In this document: piece after piece, positions 11,401-18,204 of the stretch
Layout of the letters: each line of letters opens with the position of its first letter
Position numbering within the stretch: the stretch's first letter is position 1
Source: Macrostomum lignano
Lineage: Eukaryota
Direction: 5' to 3'
NCBI GenBank assembly: GCA_002269645.1
Contig: NIVC01005246.1
Location: forward strand, 1-18,204
DNA: 18,204 nucleotides
The notes under the pieces: generated by a model
What the model was told of the DNA's origin: nothing
The model's database searches: none
What the model saw: only the letters and a program-made list of their open reading frames with translations
Position numbers and translations under genes: made by a program

Positions 11401-13634
11401 CACTAAACAGATATGCGAAATCGATCTTTTGCTAATCCCACCACAGGTTCCAGTGAAAAGAAGAAACGAAACCCATTGACTAAATTGGCAGTCGACTCAA
11501 TCGATGCCGACTGCAACGGACCTGTCAGCTTCGAACTCAGGAGAGCAGCTAATAGTCTACGAGAGTAATGCTAGATGCCAGAATGCTTCACAGCATCAAA
11601 GTCTTAAGCAGAAGCTTCAATGAAAGGTTAGTTCATGCTGTGGCTGCATTCGTTTTCGTGTCTAGAAGCGTTATAACTTTTTGTACTTTTAACTCTCAGA
11701 TCGGGTCTTAGCAGATTCTATAGCTATGCATGCAAGGGCCCCTCAGAGGAGATGCTTAAACACTGCAGTGCATTTTTCCTAGCAATTATTGGGACACGAA
11801 GTGTTGGGCCACTGTGTGTGTGTGTCTAGTTTTTTCCGCATTTGTTAAGTCACCTAAAGAACTCAATTAATAAAGGGCTCCAGAACAAATTGATGGGCAA
11901 ACGGATGACACACTGCACAGAGACTTGTTGGGACATATTAAAAACAGCTTATTTTAGAATGGGTACACTTTACTAAAGTAGAATGCTCCTACAGAAAGCT
12001 GCAAGCAAACTAGCATCTTCTGGAGCTGACATGCAGAGAAGAATGATTTTGTCGTCCTTGAAATCACTAAAGATATGCGAAATCGATCTTTTGCTAATCC
12101 CACCACAGGTTCCAGTGAAAAGAAGAAACGAAACCCATTGACTAAATTGGCAGTCGACTCAATCGATGCCGACTGCAACGGACCTGTCAGCTTCGAACTC
12201 AGGAGAGCAGCTAATAGTCTACGAGAGTAATGCTAGATGCCAGAATGCTTCACAGCATCAAAGTCTTAAGCAGAAGCTTCAATGAAAGGTTAGTTCATGC
12301 TGTGGCTGCATTCGTTTTCGTGTCTAGAAGCGTTATAACTTTTTGTACTTTTAACTCTCAGATCGGGTCTTAGCAGCTTCTATAGCTATGCATGCAAGGG
12401 CCCCTCAGAGGAGATGCTTAAACACTGCAGTGCATTTTTCCTAGCAATTATTGGGACACGAAGTGTTGGGCCACTGTGTGTGTGTGTCTAGTTTTTTCCG
12501 CATTTGTTAAGTCACCTAAAGAACTCAATTAATAAAGGGCTCCAGAACAAATTGATGGGCAAACGGATGACACACTGCACAGAGACTTGTTGGGACATAT
12601 TAAAAACAGCTTATTTTAGAATGGGTACACTTTACTAAAGTAGAATGCTCCTACAGAAAGCTGCAAGCAAACTAGCATCTTCTGGAGCTGACATGCAGAG
12701 AAGAATGATTTTGTCGTCCTTGAAATCACTAAATAGATATGCGAAATCGATCTTTTGCTAATCCCACCACAGGTTCCAGTGAAAAGAAGAAACGAAACCC
12801 ATTGACTAAATTGGCAGTCGACTCAATCGATGCCGACTGCAACGGACCTGTCAGCTTCGAACTCAGGAGAGCAGCTAATAGTCTACGAGAGTAATGCTAG
12901 ATGCCAGAATGCTTCACAGCATCAAAGTCTTAAGCAGAAGCTTCAATGAAAGGTTAGTTCATGCTGTGGCTGCATTCGTTTTCGTGTCTAGAAGCGTTAT
13001 AACTTTTTGTACTTTTAACTCTCAGATCGGGTCTTAGCAGCTTCTATAGCTATGCATGCAAGGGCCCCTCAGAGGAGTACTGATCGGGTCTTAGCAGCTT
13101 CTATAGCTATGCATGCAAGGGCCCCTCAGAGGAGATGCTTAAACACTGCAGTGCATTTTTCCTAGCAATTATTGGGACACGAAGTGTTGGGCCACTGTGT
13201 GTGTGTGTCTAGTTTTTTCCGCATTTGTTAAGTCACCTAAAGAACTCAATTAATAAAGGGCTCCAGAACAAATTGATGGGCAAACGGATGACACACTGCA
13301 CAGAGACTTGTTGGGACACATTAAAAACAGCTTATTTTAGAATGGGTACACTTTACTAAAGTAGAATGCTCCTACAGAAAGCTGCAAGCAAACTAGCATC
13401 TTCTGGAGCTGACATGCAGAGAAGAATGATTTTGTCGTCCTTGAAATCACTAAATAGATATGCGAAATCGATCTTTTGCTAATCCCACCACAGGTTCCAG
13501 TGAAAAGAAGAAACGAAACCCATTGACTAAATTGGCAGTCGACTCAATCGATGCCGACTGCAACGGACCTGTCAGCTTCGAACTCAGGAGAGCAGCTAAT
13601 AGTCTACGAGCGTAATGCTGGATGCCAGAGTGCT
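5026..13634 (+). repeat. Tandem array (macrosatellite) of ~664-bp units, 12 full plus 1 partial copy
   Basis: The landmark GTAC of TTGTACTTTTAACTCTCAG recurs at 5037, 5703, 6368, 7032, 7696, 8362, 9026, 9690, 10355, 11019, 11683, 12345 and 13009 (periods 662-666). Units differ at only a handful of sites. Confidence 0.99.
13025..13134 (+). repeat. 53-bp tandem duplication with a TACT insert inside the last satellite unit
   Basis: GATCGGGTC...CAGAGGAG at 13025-13077 and 13082-13134, with TACT at 13078-13081. Confidence 0.95.
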
Positions 13635-14023
13635 CTAAATAACGAAACTCCTGCTTTCTCACTCGAACGGAATTTGTTGTTTAATCTGCTTAACTAATCT
13701 CTGCGTTTCAGTTTTTCAGTTTCACTGTCAATTTTAGGTTTTTTCCTAAGCGCAAGTGTAATTGAATTTTTTATTCATATTAGTCAGGCATATTGCGTAC
13801 AGCATTATAGCGTATTAGTAAAGGTAAAGGTAAATAGACTGCTTGTAACTAGTTTTTCCTTCATGCGGATTGGCTTTAACGAAGCCTTTTGTATTTCAAG
13901 TAATGCTGAATTCGCTGGACTGAGGACAATATAGGTACACGATGTTACGCTATTACTTCACTTTCAATAGATCATACTATTAGTATGGGACGTGCTTTTT
14001 TATTTCAATGTATGCTTTTTTTC

Positions 14024-14330
14024 TGTAGAAAAAATACTAACTAAACTAAAAACTATTTAATTGGAGTTAAATTGAAGGAGCAGTAAGTGGGCGCAGGGCC
14101 CAAACCGATATATTTATAGAACATTTAACTTTGGGGGGTTGAGCCTAGAATAATAAAGAGAGGGGGTGGAGTGCGCGACTGAAGAGAGAGGCGAGAATGG
14201 AGAGCCAATCAGAACGCAGCAAGGGAGAGAGAGATAAGAATAACAAGATTGAGCTAGACAGAGAGAGAGAAAACGGAGTAAACAGAGACAAGTGAAGGTG
14301 AACTAAGAAATGACTAGGAAAGTCGCGACA
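14024..14330 (-). repeat. 3' LTR (307 bp)
   Basis: Identical to 15441-15747 except G14292 versus T15709. Candidate poly(A) signal ATTAAA (minus strand) at 14056-14061. Confidence 0.95.
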
Positions 14331-14344
14331 CTCCCCCCAAAAAA
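14331..14344 (-). other. Polypurine tract preceded by a T-run
   Basis: The minus strand reads TTTTTT GGGGGGAG immediately before the TGT of the 3' LTR. Confidence 0.8.
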
Positions 14345-14683
14345 TGGAACATTTTTTGAATTTTCGAGTACCATTACCAACTGAAATTAATGAGTTAGAA
14401 TTAGGTCGAATTAAATTGAAAAACACATTCACAATAAATGGTGTATAAAACGATTTGAAAAATACATAATATAACTAAGAATTTGAATACAAAAACAGTA
14501 GAGCGAATGCAAAATATTAAGACCGAATTTTAAACTTAGATTTTTATTGAGTAGTTTTTGAACCATAGCAATGAGAAGACTGAAAAGACTGAATATATCC
14601 GCCCTCCCCCCTAAAAATTAATTTAATTTTTTACATTGTGACTACATGGTGAAAGAAAAAATTGAATGACGAATTAACGAGGC

Positions 14684-15343
14684 GATCTGGCAGGCGATGA
14701 GCGAAGAGACGATCCGGCAGGCGATGAGCGAAGAGACGATCCGGCAGGCGATGAGCAAAGAGACGATCCGGCAGGCGAGCCCCGAGGCGCCCCGGCCGAG
14801 AATTTGAACCGAGAGAGACCGAGGACACCGCAGGACGCACCCCCGGCAGACGACGAGCGAAGAGACGATCCGGCAGGCGAGCGAAGAGACGATCCGGCAG
14901 GCGAGCGAAGAGACGATCCGGAAGGCGAGCGAAGAGACGATCCGGCAGGCGAGCCCCGCGGCGCCCCGGCAGAGAATTGGAAACCGAGAGAGACCGAGGA
15001 CACCGCAGGACGCACCCCCGGCAGACGACGAGCGAAGAGACGATCCGGCAGGCGATGAGCGAAGAGACGATCCGGCAGGCGAGCCCCGAGGCGCCCCGGC
15101 CGAGAATTTGAACCGAGAGAGACCGAGGACACCGCAGGACGCACCCCCGGCAGACGACGAGCGAAGAGACGATCCGGCAGGCGAGCCCTGAGGTGCCCCG
15201 GCCGAGAATTTGAGACCGAGAGAGACCGAGGACACCGCAGGACGCACCCCCGGCAGACGAAGCGATGAGGCCGACAGACGAAGCGATGAGGCCGACAGAC
15301 GAAGCGATGAGGCCGACAAACGAAGCGATGAGGCCGACAGACG
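14684..15343. repeat. GC-rich modular minisatellite inside the LTR element (27/24-bp, 102/103-bp and 21-bp modules)
   Basis: Module starts: 27-bp at 14684, 14711, 14738 and 15042; 24-bp at 14867, 14891 and 14915; 102/103-bp at 14765, 14939, 15069 and 15171 (truncated); 21-bp CAGACGAAGCGATGAGGCCGA at 15254, 15275, 15296 and 15317. Confidence 0.95.
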
Positions 15344-15430
15344 GGATGACGAGATGACTGGTGGAGGGTTACGACTATGACGATGGCATGGCCTTTGCCA
15401 GCCTTACTGAATTGACTTAATTATTTTTCA

Positions 15431-15440
15431 TTGGGCGCCA
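15431..15440 (-). other. Primer-binding site, tRNA-Lys type
   Basis: Minus-strand TGGCGCCCAA directly follows the 5' LTR. It matches the first 10 nt of the known tRNA-Lys1,2 PBS TGGCGCCCAACGTGGGGC. Confidence 0.8.
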
Positions 15441-15747
15441 TGTAGAAAAAATACTAACTAAACTAAAAACTATTTAATTGGAGTTAAATTGAAGGAGCAG
15501 TAAGTGGGCGCAGGGCCCAAACCGATATATTTATAGAACATTTAACTTTGGGGGGTTGAGCCTAGAATAATAAAGAGAGGGGGTGGAGTGCGCGACTGAA
15601 GAGAGAGGCGAGAATGGAGAGCCAATCAGAACGCAGCAAGGGAGAGAGAGATAAGAATAACAAGATTGAGCTAGACAGAGAGAGAGAAAACGGAGTAAAC
15701 AGAGACAATTGAAGGTGAACTAAGAAATGACTAGGAAAGTCGCGACA
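15441..15747 (-). repeat. 5' LTR (307 bp)
   Basis: Direct repeat of 14024-14330 with TG..CA termini; followed on the minus strand by the PBS. Confidence 0.95.
15528..15626 (-). promoter_or_regulatory. Candidate LTR promoter: TATA box and CCAAT box
   Basis: Minus-strand TATAAATA at 15528-15535, with a CCAAT/ATTGG box at 15622-15626, ~90 bp upstream in element orientation. Motif match only. Confidence 0.5.
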
Positions 15748-15880
15748 TTTTCATCATTTAAATGCTAAAAATACTTAATAGGTCATTGCACTGTGTGTAT
15801 GTGTGTGTTTTCGTGTGTCAAAAAAAATTGCAAAATAAGTGCCCACCATTGTATACCGTACCAACAAGTGCCCGGTGCGT

Positions 15881-15883
<3 letters not shown>

Positions 15884-15931
<48 letters not shown>
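15884..15931 (+). repeat. (TG)24 microsatellite
   Basis: Read directly. Confidence 0.98.
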
Positions 15932-15932
<1 letters not shown>

Positions 15933-17414
15933 CGACCCCCAGTTCTTGGACTGAACAGCAGTACGCATGCAGCCTTCAGAAGCGCCGCGCAAAAGCTGCG
16001 GCTGACCTGTCGGTTGCACATCTGTCTATTAGGGCAGGTGTAAAAACAATTTTTTCATAAAATCAGCAGTTACGAAAGGAAAGTTCTAAACACTTTTAAC
16101 CCCATCAAAAACAGAAGCAGTTGCAAGCACAACTTTGGTGTGATTTGAAAGTGGCGCATCCATTCTTTTTAATGAATTTAGTCGCGTGTATTTTTGATCA
16201 TTTCATTTAAAATTTGTGTGAAAAAGCATCGCAATGCCTTTGATAGTCTTACAGTAATAGTTTAGAAACTTTAAAAAGCGATGCTCTATCCTCAAAAACA
16301 CGAATTGTCGTCATCCATCATCATCGTCAACCTTTAAAGCAGCCTTCTCAACATAGTCTCCACCTGTAGCAACACACTTTTCCCATCTCGCTTGAGCATT
16401 CCGTCAATCGCAAAAGAATAGCACATCTTGCTACATCGGGCAAGTTTACTCCAGCAGTTATCATTTGGAAGGCAAAGTTCGGCTCATTCTCTCCTATGGT
16501 CTTTCAAGACAATGCTATTCAAGCAGATGTGACTAGGGCATAGAAATCCCCGAAAATTTTGCTAAATTCTGAGGCAAATATGGTGCGCTTGTCTTGCAAA
16601 GCGATGCATTAATAGCGAAGAAACTTTTCTCTCAGTTCCTCAATACAAGCGGTGGAAAACCAACTGCTTAGTGATGAGACAGAGTTAAAGCGCTGGATAG
16701 AGCCTCTGTTGGAATTTACTGCTTTAAAAAGCACGCAGTTTCCTTGCTGCGTGTAGATCGATCAAATATTGCAATGATTGTCACTTGGGATTCTACGACT
16801 TTGCGAAGCTGCTGCAGAGACTGAATAAAGCAACCATTGCTGCACACATGCTGTGGGGGCGGCGGTCAGAAGTCTCTAGCAGGTATTGGAAAGTTTCAAG
16901 CCAGTAGGACAGTCATGCAGAACTGACGGTTTCGCAAAATGCGAAAAACAGATGAGGCAGAGCCATGGGGATGCGTTAGCCGTGAGGGCAGGAAAGAAGT
17001 CAAGAGTGGAGCAGCTGGTTGGTGCATTGTCTTTTACTAACCGCCTCTCATAGTTTAGCCCACGCTCAGCCTCACATACCAGAAGGCCCCGCGCCACAGT
17101 CCCGTGGGTAACCATTGAAAAGTTTTTGTCTCGCGAATAAAAAAACCTACGATGGCGCGAATAGGGACGGAGTTGAGGCACCATAAACAATGGAACTTCC
17201 CTCATTGGCCTCGGTTCAGGCCGCTTTTGTTAATAGAGTTTTTTAGGAGGCCTGCCAATTGGAAACGCATCGACTCAGGCAGTTCAACAGCAACAGGTGC
17301 TTTGAGCAAGTAAAAGTGTTGAGTCAAAGTCAGCAACCAGAGACGCCGTTTCAAAAGTAGACAGTGTTTAGGGAAGGCAGCGAAAATCGAGCGATCCAGA
17401 ACTTCGCCTGCAGC

Positions 17415-17493
17415 ATGTCCGTTTTTCTCGTCGCCGTTGCTGCGTTGCTGATCGGCGGGACTCCGTTCTTGACTGGCGCTACCACAGTATCCG
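17415..17493 (+). CDS. Probable first coding exon (signal peptide) of a secreted or membrane protein; the rest lies beyond the window or was not found
   Basis: ATG at 17415 encodes MSVFLVAVAALLIGGTPFLTGATTVS (hydrophobic core, small residues near a plausible cleavage site). It ends at a G|GTAGGT donor (phase 1) and is followed by AT-rich intron-like DNA. Confidence 0.5.
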
Positions 17494-17786
17494 GTAGGTT
17501 CCATTGTAAATTAGATTACAGCTCAACCTATTGTCAAATGTTCATTAAAATAAATCAAATTTTATTTTAATGAAGTTACAAAAATAAATCTATAATAAAT
17601 CTAATCTCACCTGGGGTCTGAGCGATTTTAATTTCATTTTGTGTTGAGAAGGCCGGCACACAGGACGGCTATCGTAATAGCTCGAACACATCGAATTATA
17701 TTCATAAGACTTTTTAATCTTTAAGTCTTAAGTCTTTTAATCTTAAAGTCTTTTTAATATGATATGTCAAGGACTACTCAAGTAAC

Positions 17787-17810
17787 ATATATATATATAT
17801 ATATATATAT
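17787..17810. repeat. (AT)12 microsatellite
   Basis: Read directly. Confidence 0.95.
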
Positions 17811-17846
17811 AGAACGCTACACTCGAAACATATGGTAAATGTTTCG

Positions 17847-18090
17847 AAGGCAACTTTTCGCCGAAAAATACACTACAGAGATAGGTTTTCATTTTTCAGC
17901 ACAAAAATTGTAATTGCTTTTGATAGGAGGCAGATCCAGTGTTATCTTTTGATATGTTGCTGTTCTTATTGCTCTATCGATATTCATAAAGCTTTTCGTT
18001 CAGAAATAGTTCTTAAGGCAGAATTTCACAGGAAAAATACACTATGGAGATAGGAAATTTCACGATTTTCAACACTAAAACAGTGATTGG
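17847..18090 (+). repeat. Degenerate ~168-bp-period direct repeat (2 copies)
   Basis: AAGGCA...AAAAATACACTA(CA/TG)GAGATAGG...TTTC...CAC.AAAA..GT(A/G)ATTG starts at 17847 and 18015. Confidence 0.55.
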
Positions 18091-18204
18091 GTCTCTTAAC
18101 AGTGTCAGAGAAAATCCTAAGCACACTATTTTGTGCCTCACATGCTGCTCTAACGACACATTAATCGATTTTTGTGTTGAATTGGTCTTGTCATTATTTT
18201 TAAC

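Larger units (their letters stand above)
14024..15747 (-). mobile_element. Non-autonomous LTR retrotransposon (TRIM-like, 1724 bp), very recent insertion
   Basis: Two 307-bp direct repeats with TGT...ACA ends and 1 mismatch; 5-bp TSD TTTTC at 14019-14023 and 15748-15752; PBS and PPT directly abut the LTRs. The 1110-bp interior shows no gag/pol similarity that I can see. Confidence 0.93.
3840..15879. mobile_element. Putative non-autonomous TIR DNA transposon (CAC...GTG ends; CMC/CACTA- or Transib-like) hosting the satellite array and the LTR element
   Basis: Left end 3842 CACGGGGCATTTGTTGG versus the reverse complement of the right end (15877 inward) CACCGGGCACTTGTTGG: 15/17 match, with weaker similarity over ~45 bp (TACAA(C/T)GG, GCACT). 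Both ends are flanked by CG and lie a few bases from TG tracts. Subterminal repeats are present on the left. No transposase was recognised. Confidence 0.45.

Noticed and set aside
11954-12178. Minus-strand 74-aa ORF (and the related 13450-13662 ORF)
   Set aside because: It is long only because of the 2-bp deletion private to unit 11; the second ORF simply runs in from the flank. Neither is conserved across units.
5026-13634. CRISPR-like repeat/spacer reading of the A-J-A-J array
   Set aside because: Units are ~664 bp, the J segments are near-identical rather than unique, there are no cas genes, and the context is eukaryotic.
14631-15319. Four overlapping ORFs up to 225 aa as gag or other retroelement genes
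   Set aside because: They are low-complexity translations of the minisatellite. The longest starts at TTG with no in-frame upstream ATG, and no gag/pol motifs are present.
16415-16800. Faint pogo/Tigger DDE-like peptides (ATSGKFTPAVIIWKAK; ELKRWIE; IVTWDS)
   Set aside because: These are short impressions in different frames with many stops and no TIRs. BLASTX or a DDE_1 profile search would be needed, so they are not supportable by eye.

Overview
Repeat-rich, AT-rich eukaryotic (probably invertebrate animal) DNA. There is no prokaryotic gene content, no CRISPR array and no recognisable intact protein-coding gene. About 47% of the window (5026-13634) is a young head-to-tail array of ~664-bp units (12 full plus 1 partial, near-identical). 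The unit appears to derive from decayed, spliced coding sequence. A very recent, structurally complete but non-coding LTR retrotransposon lies at 14024-15747 on the minus strand: 307-bp LTRs differing at 1 base, TG..CA ends, TTTTC target-site duplication, tRNA-Lys-type PBS and PPT. Its interior is largely a GC-rich modular minisatellite. Array and LTR element both seem to sit inside a larger putative DNA transposon (~3840-15879) with imperfect inverted CG|CAC...GTG|CG ends that abut TG microsatellites. A ~100-bp palindrome with the same end signature and (CA)n/(TG)n arms lies just left of it. Bases 1-3500 hold degenerate dispersed repeats of unknown origin. A probable signal-peptide first exon of a host gene is at 17415-17493. 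Most ORFs in the supplied track are repeat artefacts. Superfamily assignments are inferences; no database search was possible.
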